From assembly GCA_024704765.1 (NCBI GenBank), contig JAKMXF010000296.1:346465-410464 (forward strand): a stretch of DNA of 64,000 nt, given 5' to 3'. The position numbers and the translations under genes were made by a program. The notes beneath the pieces were generated by a model, which was not told the DNA's origin, did not search any database, and was given only the letters and a program-made list of their open reading frames with translations. Shown one piece after another: positions 52,601 through 64,000 of this stretch. Numbering within the stretch: the first letter of the stretch is position 1; every line of letters starts with the position of its first letter. This DNA comes from Oopsacas minuta (taxonomy: Eukaryota; Animalia; Porifera).

Positions 52601-52900
52601 AGCATAGTCTTCAACTATTCACCCAAATCATGAAGTCGAATCTCTTTGTCTTGTTCCATTTCAAACTTCAGAAGAGTGGCCTGTGTTCACTCATGTCGAG
52701 GCACCGCGCAACTCTTGCTAGGAGTTTCAGCTTACAACCGAGAACTTTACCTATCAATCGTCTTTTTGAATTGTGCCTCTTTTTGGTTGGTTTCTCTTTT
52801 TTCAAACGCAGTTTGTTATGTTCTCATTGATCTTGGAGACGCTTTCCTGTTGATTTGTAGTTCTAAACTCAAACATGCATTAATCGGCAATCAAGCATAC
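49650..52900 (-). mobile_element. Helitron RepHel remnant (Rep domain), split by a maT insertion; boundaries approximate
   Basis: Minus-strand motifs in the expected order: FHHYAVDM.VKI, YLDAVSIVRKYGKPLFHTFTCN, HTHIMVRL, AKIPDP, NFPKQF, then past the maT insertion RDN, LLL*YDVHINV, KY..KGHD, QYIDGTYVS. Confidence 0.8.
50334..51644 (+). mobile_element. maT (DD37D) element, full length (1311 bp), inactive
   Basis: TIR CAGGGTGACAATTAAGTTCTGTTACATT versus reverse complement CAGGGTGACATTAAAGTTCTGCTACATT, TA flanks. Transposase 50496-51524 with FSDET, FQQDSAPAH and SPDLNPLD; I count 37 residues between the second and third D. Frameshifts and a stop. Confidence 0.93.
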
Positions 52901-53697
52901 GCTGCAGGTGTGGAGAACATTCATCACTTAGATTTTCGTACAAATGAAAGCATTCAATAATAATACCTTTACAAAATTTTTAAACATTATCAAATTCACT
53001 ATCTAACAACTTGAAAACATTGAAAATGTCAACAACTTGAAACAATATTCATAATCCCTATCCAACAACTTAACAACAAAATTGCTTGTAATAATACCTA
53101 TGCAACTTCAATGCATAGGGTATGCCTCCCTCCTTCCATTTTCGGTAAGTGTTAAACGGTTCGGAACTTGACAGTGACGCTATAATCATTATATGGCTGT
53201 AGTCACAGCCTACTAATGATAAGGCCTGTTCATTACTTTTGGCCATGGCTAAAGGGAGGGTCATATTTTGATGTGAAAATAATAAGAATTCGTACGTTTT
53301 CACCCGAATACATGTATTAATAATATGTAGGAATTCATAAAAGCCACAATTGTGGAAATTTTCAGGGCGAAATGACCTCATCCGTTAGGTTAATTGGCAA
53401 GAATGTATTAGAAAATGCTCTATCTTCGGTACCATGTAGAAAGTTAATCAGGCACGTAGCTATAGCAAGACATTCAGGGGGACAAGAATTATTTCGGGAG
53501 GGCAATTGCAGGGATAAATATTTTAAAAAAGTTATTTACTTGTGTATAACAAGTACGAGCAAGTCTCCTTTCTTACATGTATAACTTTTTAATTCATAAA
53601 GTACCAGATTAATAAGCTAGGGAACACTGGACTAGTCTACATTATAGTAAGAGCATTTATTAAGATACTAAACTCAAATCAGGGTTGCTATTTAACA

Positions 53698-56009
53698 TTA
53701 CAAAAGAAAGCAACGGTGCCTCATCTGCATAAATTGTTCGATCACATCATTATAACAAAGTGTTTCTGCAATATCTTTTTCAATAGATAGCAGGGCAAGA
53801 TGGTTGAGATGCTCAGTGGTCATTTGTGAGCGCAAACGTGTTTTTATTCTCTTAACAGATGAGAACATTCTCTCAACCTTGCAAGACGCCTGAGGGATAG
53901 TCATAAGAATTTGGTATAAGTTGAAAACATCAGGGAAATATCTTTGTCAATCACATCCAGTACATCGATGAAAGTATTTAGCTGAGATTCATCTATCCGA
54001 GTAATAAACGAACGGAAACTTCTATTTCACAATCTTTGATATCTATTGCATACAGTTCAGATAGTGTATTCAATTCCTGTTTGTTAAGAAAGTTTTGAGA
54101 CCTTGGTAAGCAACCATCAGCAACCTTCATGATGCCTGATTGATCTGTACCAAAACGGGCATCCAATTCTGCTAAGATCTCGCGGACATTTTGGCGCAAC
54201 AATATTTCAAGATCTTCAAAGTTGAATGGTTTGTGTGTCCAACAGAGCTATTTAGATGTCCTTCTCTAAACCTTTCTGGAAGACGCCGTTGCCTAATTGT
54301 GTCTCTACATCAAAATTTACGATTTCATATTTACCGGACAAATACTTGGCATATTCGACAACCTTGTGAAAATCGAAATTGATCAACCTTTCCCTCAGAT
54401 CGGCAAGTAATATCAAACAAGAAGAAACAGTTGCTGTCGACTTCTGAAAGCTTTAGTCCAAAAATCAGAGTAATCATACAGCTTACCAAAGTAAACTAAG
54501 ATTGTCATAAATTTCTTTGTTTGTAGACTACCTAGTAAAGATTTAGCTGCTAAACTTGTGTCTGCATCATTATCATTTCCAAATATGCTTAAAGTATCAA
54601 GTATGCAATCAAACCGACGCAGAAACCTTTCCACCTCCAAAGAACGGGAAGACCAACGAGTACTACATGAACGTGCAAGTTCGAGAGCTTGGACGTTGGG
54701 ATAGCGCTCATCCTGGACGTCTATGAAAAGTGCATGTCGCTTTGTTCCATTCATGAACGAATACGTCAAATCCGATATATCAGTGAAAGATTTCATCAGA
54801 GGATGTCGTTCAGCAGTTGAAGCTAATACTAAGTTAAGCCTATGTGAAGCACAATGAACATATGTAGCATTGCGATAACCTGCTCCTTTCATGCGGGCTT
54901 GGACACCACCGTGTATTCCTGACATAACACTAGCCCCGTCGTAACCCTGCCCTACACATTTCAGAGGATCGAGCTCAAAAGGCTTAAGTAGCTCTATCAG
55001 TTTTTCAGAGATGGTGCCCACATCCATGTCCCTCAATTCAATAAAGCCAATAGCTCTTTCTCGGACATTACCTTTATGGATATATCGCAAAGAAGCAGCT
55101 AACAACTCCTTCTTAGATGCATCTTTTACTTCGTCAGCTAGAATAGCATAACAAAACGCAATTTCTACTTCACTTTAACATAGTCTAGAAGCACTGAAGC
55201 GAGTGATGTAAGCAAATCATTTTGAATATCTGGACTTAGCATTTTTGCATTTCTTGGAAGACTTTCTATCCTCTTGGTCACATTGCTATCATACTTTCCT
55301 AGTAGTTCTAATATTTCAATAAATTTCCCTTTATTAAGCGACTGATCTGATTCATCATCTCCTCGAAAAGGAATATCTTGTTTGGCACAAAAAGTACTAA
55401 TGTCGAGAACAGTCATTAAATGTTTCCGATTGTCATCTATGAATTTCTCATTTCGAAAATTGGGCTCTAGTTGCTTATCAACCGTCCCTCTACTTTGATG
55501 GATTGCCCAGACTTTCTGTGTTTCAACAGGTGCCATATGATACGCAACTATCGTGCTTTCTGCACTTGTCGCCAAGTTCCTCCAGTCACAAAGTCCTTTT
55601 GTTGATAACGTTCCTTCAGCTGTTGATCCTCCAAAATACCGACACGGTTGGCAAAATATAGCATCGAGTTCTTTGCTATACTCTATCCAGGAGAATTGGG
55701 CATACCAATGAGTACTAAAATGTCTACCGGCCTCATTTTTTGGGAAGATAATAGAAGGCTGCCCGGTTTCTCACCATTTTTGGACAAATCATTTACAGTC
55801 ACAATTGGTTATTGTATATGAGTCGTGTTTAAACTCGGAGTTGAAATAGTTGTACAAGAATCGGAAGTTTTAGGGGTCACAACTTGAAGACTCGTAACAA
55901 CAGTCTCTACCTCGTCATAATTTGAAGAGACGACATGATCTTCGATTTCTATTCGACTTCTTTTAAAATATGCCTGAACTTTGCTTTGTTGTAGTCTTTT
56001 AGTAATCCA
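53698..56009 (-). pseudogene. ZMYM1-like hAT transposase pseudogene; start approximate
   Basis: FSTHWYAQFSWIEYS (TTF-type Zn finger), FRGDDES, SPDIQND, ILADE, GQGYDGASVMSG, YVHCASHRLNL, STRWSS, VERMFSSVKRIKTRLRSQM. Frameshifts and stops. Confidence 0.92.
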
Positions 56010-56396
56010 GAATTGTTAGAGATATGAGTCACTGAACTGATTGTAGAACTGAAATGTGAAAGATATGATGATTTAGAGTGACTTTATAACTTATAGAGAA
56101 TATCTGAAATTGGCTTCACTCATGTGTAAATTTCAAAACAAGCTTTGAAATCTGAAACCCTAAGAGCATCACCTACGCTTCAATTACTTCAATGGACAGT
56201 CTAACTTCTCACAACAATTACTAGCGGTCGTGGTAATTCAATTAAAATTATAGTAGAAATTCAGTGCCTGTCAAAATAGAACAAGTTTACTATCAATCAG
56301 CGTTACTTCCTGTCTAGTATTAAAACCATCATCGCAACGCGAGTTACTATTTTCATAGTCTTGACGATGCAGTTGAAGTACATGGGCTATTAACTA

Positions 56397-56537
56397 CAGT
56401 GGAGTTCGCTTATTAGCAACTCGGATTTTGCAGAGATTTGGTTGCTAATAGGGCCACGAAATTAACATTATAATCCCGTTTGGGACCCAAAAGCTGGTTG
56501 CTAACAGAGCAATATTACTAATAAGCCAACTACATTG
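56397..56537. mobile_element. Tigger-type MITE nested in the hAT 5' region
   Basis: TIR CAGTGGAGTTCGCTTATTAGCAA versus reverse complement CAATGTAGTTGGCTTATTAGTAA, TA flanks. Confidence 0.7.
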
Positions 56538-59500
56538 TATATAAGAACGAAAAATTCCAATTTTATCTGGGGGGGCGAGAAAAAATTTTGAGGGGGCAAC
56601 CGCCCCCCCTTGCCCCCCGTAGCTACGTGCCTGAAGTTAATAATGTTCAATATGTTGAGATTCCAAATGTTCTAGAACCTTTTTTGTAAAACATAACTAT
56701 TTGTAGTAATTTAATTTCAACGTTTTTGAGTTATCGCAGAGACCATGGATATCATATTTGTTAATATCTCTCATAACTCGATAATCCTTACAATTATGGT
56801 AAATTCTGCAAAGCTAATACATATAGTATACGCCTGACCTCCCATATCTCTTACTAAATTGTTATATGATCTCTTTTACCAATTCGACGTATCATAAATA
56901 TACCCATCATGGTAATTTTTGAGATTCCGCAATAATATTTAGAGATATCATATCAAAATATATTACAATGGTCGGAAGTTGGGTGTATACTATAAAATGG
57001 CTATCATGATTTGACGATAATTTCTGCAATTATCATTTATATGGGGATATTGATTAAATACATGCAATCCATGGTCTGTGCGATAACTCAGAAAATTTGG
57101 AATTTTATCATGCTGCTTTATATATTTGTCCAGAAACTGTTCTAGATCATTTGGTATTTCAAGATTTTATACATTAATAAAGAATTAAAGTTGCTCATGG
57201 TTTGAAAGATGAAACATATTTAGTACATAAGTGCCAATTACGCTGACAGATACCGTCATTTCGATCTGTAAATCCTCACAAATGTGGTTTGCGTCAAGAA
57301 ACGAAAAATTGCTATTAATTTTGTTTCTTAATTCCTAAATGTGTGTATGCCAATGTACAGTTAATCGATTATTAAGTAAACCCTGGTTTTTTGCAAATAG
57401 TGTCGTTATTAGTGGGACTTTCTTTTTTTGTTTTTAACAAGTATTTTCCACAAAACTGAGAGAGCGAAGTTCTCTCACTTTGAAAATTGCTTCGCATGGC
57501 CGAACTTTATCTGTTTACTATTACATCGCAGAATAATCCGGCCTAAAAGGCCCAAATTGACTACTACACGACACGTCGATATATAAAATTTATCTACTAT
57601 AACCGATTGCAGCTGAAGTGTTACGTTCGTAAAGAATAAGAGCATGATAATTTTCCCACTTCGTTTTAACTATTACCTTTTTGACGTTATAAAATGACGC
57701 ATTTTTTTCTCTCATGGTATTTTGTAAGAACTACAATTCATGGCAAATTCCAGATATATGCTTCGTTTTTTGATTTATATCTAATCTCTATTTACGGTTA
57801 CATGTGTGGCTCTGTTTCAATTCATTGAGTTCCCTTTGATTCGAGATTGGATAATCCATTATCTTATCGAAATTTATTCTGTAATTATCCTCGAATTGTG
57901 GTTTTAGCTAAATTGAATTATAAGATATTTTTAGACCTAGAACGAAACCTAAATACACGGCCTATGTACTAACTATTTAACAATAACCATGGATTACCAA
58001 AGTCCATATAATTACAGAGGGAATTCTATTTGTTTCGGAGCAATCAAAATGGTACACTTTTGCCCAATGAAACATATCATTATATTTTACAATTAATACA
58101 CTCTCTATCTATCTAAAATACTTGAGAACGAAATAACTTAAATCTGTTTGCTTACTAGACAAATCTCTAAACCCAAATGCTCCAGTTTAAAAACTCCCTA
58201 AATAGATAGTCATTACATTTTCAAGTTACAAAGTTCACACTACGGGATCGGGAGTCTTTTCCATACTTATATCCAAAATTTGTCATGATAATTTTGACGC
58301 GTTCCAGAGTTATATTGCGACCATAGATGACACATTTTTGCCATTATTCGTCAATAAATTGACACCTCCAGTTTTAGGGCAAATTCAACTTGCTGACATA
58401 TAGTACATATATCCCATACCTTGAAATTACATTTTATAGGATATATCAAAAGAATCATTCGTATTCATCAATAATACTATATGTGGTAGTTTTCAAGTTT
58501 GCGTAGTGATAGTTAGAGATTTCTTATCAAAATATATTTCAGGGTACTGGAAGTTGTGTATACACAGTGGATACCGGTTATAAGAACTTCGTCGGGAGTT
58601 GCAGATACGTTTCTTATATCCGGCATGTTCTTTTACCGGCATATCGTATACAATATATATCGCCTGGAGGAATACATTTGTTGATGGCAAAAATGTTCCT
58701 AGTACCGAAATTATCATATTACCACTTGTACATGCCCCTCCACTTTTGTTTCTGAGCCCGTTTTCACTGAGGTTTTATTTGAATAGGATGTGCCACACCT
58801 TCTTCGATTTTGGCAAACCACAAGAGAAGATCTGGAAGTTATGCCTTGATTATCTAATTGTTCTTGGAAAACGTTCTGTGGCCCAATGGCACACTGAGTA
58901 GTACCTGCTAACCGTCTAGAGATTCTTTTCTAGCATAACCATTGTCCATAACCTAGGTTCATAATCTTTAATTCCCCTTATGTCACAAATATTCATTATC
59001 ATCCGTGTTCAAAGCACGTTCTCTCTCATCCAGTACAATGATCGAGAGTAGCGATCGACTGCTAATATTTGGTTTTACTCTCTACAAATGTCCAGGAGAA
59101 ATATCCACTTTGTTGGGATATAGACCTTTTGACCAGGGTGGTGTTTGGCAAGGTTTGTGAAATATGGGTGAAACAAGCACTAGGATTCACATGAGATTTA
59201 CAAATTACATCCCCTGTTAGGGTCTGCTAGAAGCATTTCGACCCCAATCCAACCCACCCACCGTGAATTTTCCGGTCTCCTTCCGGTATAATCCCACTAT
59301 GTACATTTAAACTGGCTAAAGTGTCCTATTTTGATAGTTCCGTAACTATAGAATTCCTTATGTTACTACAGATAAGTCTTTCAAAGCGGCACCTCCGATA
59401 TGCGGGAACTCGAATGAGCTATTAATAACACTTCCTAAGCTAATTTACAATATTGAGGAGTCTATCAGACAGCTTAGTCACTCAATCACCATGTATGTTT

Positions 59501-59656
59501 GTATCACGAATTGATTGAAAAAACTGGAAACTGGAAGACATTGCGATTTTGGCATACAGAGGGGGTATTTGAGCCTGTCCCGAAAACTTTGGACTAAAAA
59601 TATGACGGAATTGTCACCTTTTGGGTTTCCAATTTTCACATTATTAGTCACTGCTT

Positions 59657-62620
59657 CACAGTGGCTCAATAACCTGAAATATCATAAAAATTTCATGCTG
59701 CTATATTCTTTGGAAGATATTACTGTAGCAATCAGAATATTCGAGAACCTATTCGGATCAAATTTCAGCTTTGTATTCTTTCGATTTGATTTTTGGGTTA
59801 TTGATATGTAGTGTGACGTTTTGTTTGAAATGTTTTGTGGCTATTTCAGATGATATATCAATTTCTGACGAAGTATTTTGCATTCCGTTTTCCTAACGAT
59901 TGTATCTATTTTTAGTACATGAATAGTCTCAACTTAACATATATACAAAGAACTGCACACTCTAAATTTAATAGCTTATAATTCTATTTTAAATTGGAAA
60001 TTCTGATCGCAAACTCTAAGCCCCTTTAAAAATGGTGGAAAAACTCATCGTGAGCACAATGTTGGCAGAAGGTCTGAGCACTTTGATTGATTCATAATTG
60101 AATAGTCCTCAAAATACAACCATTTCCAGACTTCTCGAAACCCCAGAAAATGCTGCTGAATATTTTTAATAAAAGCGGATACCAAAAATATATTTTTAAT
60201 ATTTTTCTGTATTGAATGTTATCAGATATTTATACTGAATAACAAAGAAGCATTTGATTTTCTTAACTCTCACTCGTCTGTTAGAAAAGCAAAATATGTT
60301 TTCTTCGAAAATTATCAAATCCCTGAATGCTAGAGCTCCTCTATTTGTCGTAACTTCTCCCAACTGAAATCTGACCGCCATGTCTACAACAAACGAAGTG
60401 ATCTACTCACTTGGGAAGGGTTTCTTTTCTCACTCTTCACTTTGCCAGTCCTCGAAGAAACGCCTTAGTGAAACAAGCAGAGTGTTTCAGTGTGAACTAA
60501 CTAAGGAGGATAGAAAACCATTGTATGGATTAATAAATAAGGGACTCAGGCCAATTTGGATTTGATTTCACTTGTAGTTCAGAACGAGGATGTTGATCCG
60601 ATTGAAATAGCAATGTCCTAAAGCTATATGATGGTGAAGCTAGAAAACATGAAATGATTAATTCTTGTCAGCAATTTATCGAGCATGGGACATTAGAAAG
60701 TGCTGTTAAACGGTTACATTTTGGCAAATCATCATATTAATTTGATTTCTTGGTAACAGGGATACGTGAGTACACAATTATGTGGAAATTGTGTAAGCAA
60801 GAAAGCATAGTCTTCCTTACAAATAATATAATTTCCGATTATCGTGCTAGTAATATACTCTCAACTTATATTCTTGAAATCAAAATTTAGAAGACTTCAA
60901 TATTGGTATCTGAATTTGTTATAGATCCATCTTGAAGCAAACTGTGTAAGGTTATTGGAAATTGTTCCTGGACTACTTGAGAGTCAATAACCCCTAAGAT
61001 TAAAGATCTCAGATGGCTTAAAGGCTCAGGGTGTCATAAAATCTGCGATTAGTTTGATGGAATACCGAATTTCAACACCAAAAAATTGTTCGTTTGGGAT
61101 AATTGCTATTTCACTCTTTTACTCATCTAGCACTACTGTTTGGTCAGATTGCATCCCAATTTTCCCATATTGTGAACGACCTATTGCATTATTGGCTGAA
61201 ATGGAAACCAGGAGAATATCAACTTCCCAATAGACAGTATCATTAGCTCCGAAGTTGATTCAATTGCACAGGAGGGTATCCTACTCTCAAAGGACTTGTT
61301 AATGTGACATTTCACCTTACTATGATAGATGGTAAGATGTCAGTGATTTTATGTGGAGCAGGTGGCGCCCATTGCCAACAATGTACTGTCAATATATCTG
61401 AATTCACAGACTTAGAAATTGTAGGATCACCATTTCCTATCAACAAGAGCATTACCACTGCTGAAGAAATCTTTTCTATAGTTGATGAAGAAGACTATCT
61501 CTTGCTCCCTTCTATACAACATCATGGTTTAACCCACTACTATCAAGCATAGACATAATTAATACACCTCTTCCTCTACATGCATGCATTTGTGCCTTTC
61601 ATTGGTACATGAATTTAATATATCACATACGTTCAGGCACGTTTAAATGGTTACCTTCCTCCAGAGTTATAGTTGATTCTATGAAATTTTTTCGCGACCT
61701 TTTATATGAAAAGAGTGGTTTGAGAATAGATCAACCAAGTACTGAGGGAGGGACAACTTCCACAGGGAATGCTGCTAGATTTTGGTCCTCAATAAGAAAA
61801 TTCATCTATTTGGTGATTCCACCAGATTTGATGTAACTAATTGTTAATTTACAAACCAAAGTTTCTGTATTGTTATGCTAATTAGCATCTAATCAAGCAA
61901 TTGACACAGGCAAATTGGATTCGCTTTGCAAAAAGACCTATGAATCAATACTCATCGATTTTCCATGTGGGAGTATAACTCCTTCAGTTCACATGCAACT
62001 AACTCATCCTTCAGAATGAATTATAGAGTGTACCATGGTTTCGGACTGAAGGCCTTTTCTGAGGAAGCAGTCGAGCCATGAATTAGTTGATTAGAAAATA
62101 TCATAAACATCTTGTCATAAAAATATCATTACATCAAACGCAGAGGATGTGTTTGTCCGTCTCCTTAGTCAAAGTTACCCTGTTCAATGAGTTATCGACA
62201 GCAAACAAAGTGTAAATATGTGGAGAATTTTGGCATACTTGTCACTTGAGATGTGCCTGCGGCAGCTAACAAGCTTGAATATCTATCAATTAGACTTACA
62301 GGGAGGTAATAAAATATTATAGCCAAATTGATGGATTAAGTTTATTGGAGAAAAAAGAATAATTTCCAAATTTCACATCATATGGGTGATATTATTAATG
62401 TTCATGAGGTACTAAAAATATATATATATTCAACCATAATAATATATTTTGCCAAACCTTGGAAAACCTGAAAATACACATGATGCGTAATCCTACATAA
62501 ATTCTGATAATTGCAATCAACTCGCGACCACCGATTTCCTATACATCAAAAGTAGATTTCAAATAGTTAAGTGGTAAACTTATATCTATTTCCACTAAAT
62601 TCCGAATTAAAGCCACTGTC
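59657..62620 (+). mobile_element. second, divergent RAG1-like / Transib element, heavily decayed
   Basis: Left end CACAGTGGCT at 59657, preceded by TGCTT. Right end AGCCACTGTC (9/10 match) at 62611-20, followed by CATGCTT, i.e. a possible TGCTT TSD offset by 2 nt. Length ~2.96 kb. Confidence 0.6.
60380..62380 (+). pseudogene. RAG1-core-like transposase pseudogene with C-terminal zinc-knuckle-like motif; end approximate
   Basis: RKPLYGL, LKISDG, CERPIALLAE, MIDGKM, GAGGAHCQQCT, PLHACI, GGTTSTGN, TPSVHMQLTH, FSEEAVE, then a C..C....H....C-like motif (CKY.GEFWHTCHLRC) across a frameshift. Many stops and frameshifts. Confidence 0.85.
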
Positions 62621-64000
62621 CATGCTTAGGCAATTTAGATGCAATTTGTATTTCAATAGTAGGTACCCCTTGATATGCCAAATGCCCCGACGTAATCACT
62701 TTAACCAAATTTTAACTCAATGTGGAATGATTCATCATCTCTACTGCACCAAAATCTAAATCTGTCGAATTTCGTTAATATTTTGAATTTCAAAATACTC
62801 GAAGCATGAAGTGCCAAGATTAGGAGCTAAAAGACACGCGACAGTACAATGGAATTTGTATGTTGCATGGATCATAAAAATTTCTGCGGTAGATTTACCT
62901 CGGGGCACTTAGTTCCGAGTATCTCCTATCGCATAGTGACCAAAGGCATCCAGAAATTTTGCTGTTTATCGTTTAAGCTATGCTGAGGCACGATAGGAGC
63001 CCTCGCACAGCCAGCTAGCAAGCTAAGCGCTCTAGCAAATATTATAAATGAATATATATGTATATAAGGTAATATTTAGTAATCTGGTATAAGGAATAAC
63101 ATTAGTTATTGTGACTATCTTCTAAGTGTTTTAACGACAAAACTATTTGACGGCCCCACATAGATACAATCTGTGTCCTATGTTAAACCAACCTTCACAT
63201 AAATTCTCACAAAGTAGAATTGATTTTAATAGATTCCAAGGGAGGTTTTTAACCAACCTGGACCAAGAGAGGAGATAACTCTAGCAAATGATTTAATTTT
63301 CTTAGTCGATTTTATATATTTTGCGAATACATGTTATTTTTTGTTTTTGTGAGAAATCTATAATTGCAAATTATATTGTCAGAGGTGAAACACGATATTT
63401 ATCCTGGTTTTGTGTGTTTAGACGTTACCTACGTTCTTGAAACTATAGGACCAACTATTTTAACAATTAACATTGGTTAATAACTTGGCATATTTGAGAG
63501 CGGCCTATATTTTTACATATTTCTGCTCATTAGATAAATTTATGTCCCCGATATTATAATGCAAATAATTGCGAATTCATTAGTCAGGCTTTTGTAGTGA
63601 CAAACTAAATTTCGTATTCAATAATTTCTTGACCTACTAAACAGGCTTATCATAAGGACCAACATGATCAGGTCACCGTGAAAATAAATCATACAAGTCA
63701 GGTTTCAAGATTATTCAGGTCATTTTCAGGTCATTTCTGGTCTATTTCATTTCGTTTATCAATTAATTGACTGCAATTAATCAACTTAGTATTGGGGAAC
63801 CATACACTAAGTGATAGATGGAAATACCGCCAGTTTTTGCTCACTATTTATTTTTCAGAGAACCTTATAATTGAAGATATCTCATCTTGGAAACTAAAAT
63901 ACCGTTTTATGGATTTTATTCAACTTACGAGTTGATTGACGAGATTAATAAAGTAAGATTAGAAAGAATATCGTAAATTCCGTAGATCCTGAAAATGAGC

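Larger units (their letters stand above)
53449..56633 (-). mobile_element. ZMYM1-like (Tip100/Blackjack-type) hAT element, inactive
   Basis: Perfect 14-bp TIR CAGGCACGTAGCTA and perfect 8-bp TSD AAGTTAAT (53441-48 and 56634-41). Confidence 0.95.
53310..57350. mobile_element. foldback-like element with ~350-400-bp imperfect inverted arms, left arm interrupted by the hAT; ends approximate
   Basis: After removing 53449-56641, the left arm (e.g. AAGCCACAATTGTGGAAATTTTCAGGGCGAAATGAC...TAATTGGCA...CCAAATGTTCTAGAAC...GAGTTATCGCAGAGACCATGGAT) aligns by eye to the reverse complement of ~56950-57350. No TSD identified. Confidence 0.65.

Noticed and set aside
53380-53448. Helitron helicase-like peptide FLHGTEDRAFS...DEVISP
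   Set aside because: This sequence is part of the foldback element's inverted arm, so the resemblance is probably chance.
58490-58910. Possible TTF-type zinc-finger/hAT N-terminal remnant (KQKWRGMYKW*YDNFG...C)
   Set aside because: Only one weak motif, no TIRs and no downstream transposase motifs.
59515-59811. ORF next to the second RAG1-like element as a RAG2-like gene
   Set aside because: It straddles the left TIR, is 98 aa and shows no kelch or PHD motifs.
1-64000. Uni-strand piRNA-cluster signature
   Set aside because: TE orientations are roughly evenly split between strands.

Overview
AT-rich eukaryotic (animal-like) DNA that is mostly a graveyard of decayed DNA transposons. The taxon cannot be fixed from sequence alone. 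I can delimit about 20 elements, most by TIRs plus target-site duplications: Ginger2/KRBA2-like (4-bp TSD, with an intron), Tigger/pogo, two Buster-type hATs, a ZMYM1/Tip100-type hAT, an Ac-type hAT fragment, four mariners, two maT/DD37D-type elements, a Helitron RepHel remnant, a long foldback element and several MITEs, with at least four nested insertions. Every transposase carries frameshifts or stops. The most notable items are (1) two divergent RAG1-like/Transib elements. One (26675-29904) has perfect RSS-heptamer CACAGTG ends, a perfect 5-bp TSD, asymmetric bipartite TIRs and an NBD-like domain; no RAG2-like gene is visible in either. (2) A pogo element (15747-18205) carries a second, HIRAN-like passenger ORF inside its TIRs. 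A few candidate host exons were seen but no host gene could be identified. No rRNA, tRNA or CRISPR was recognised. Protein family calls come from my recognition of motifs, not from database searches.
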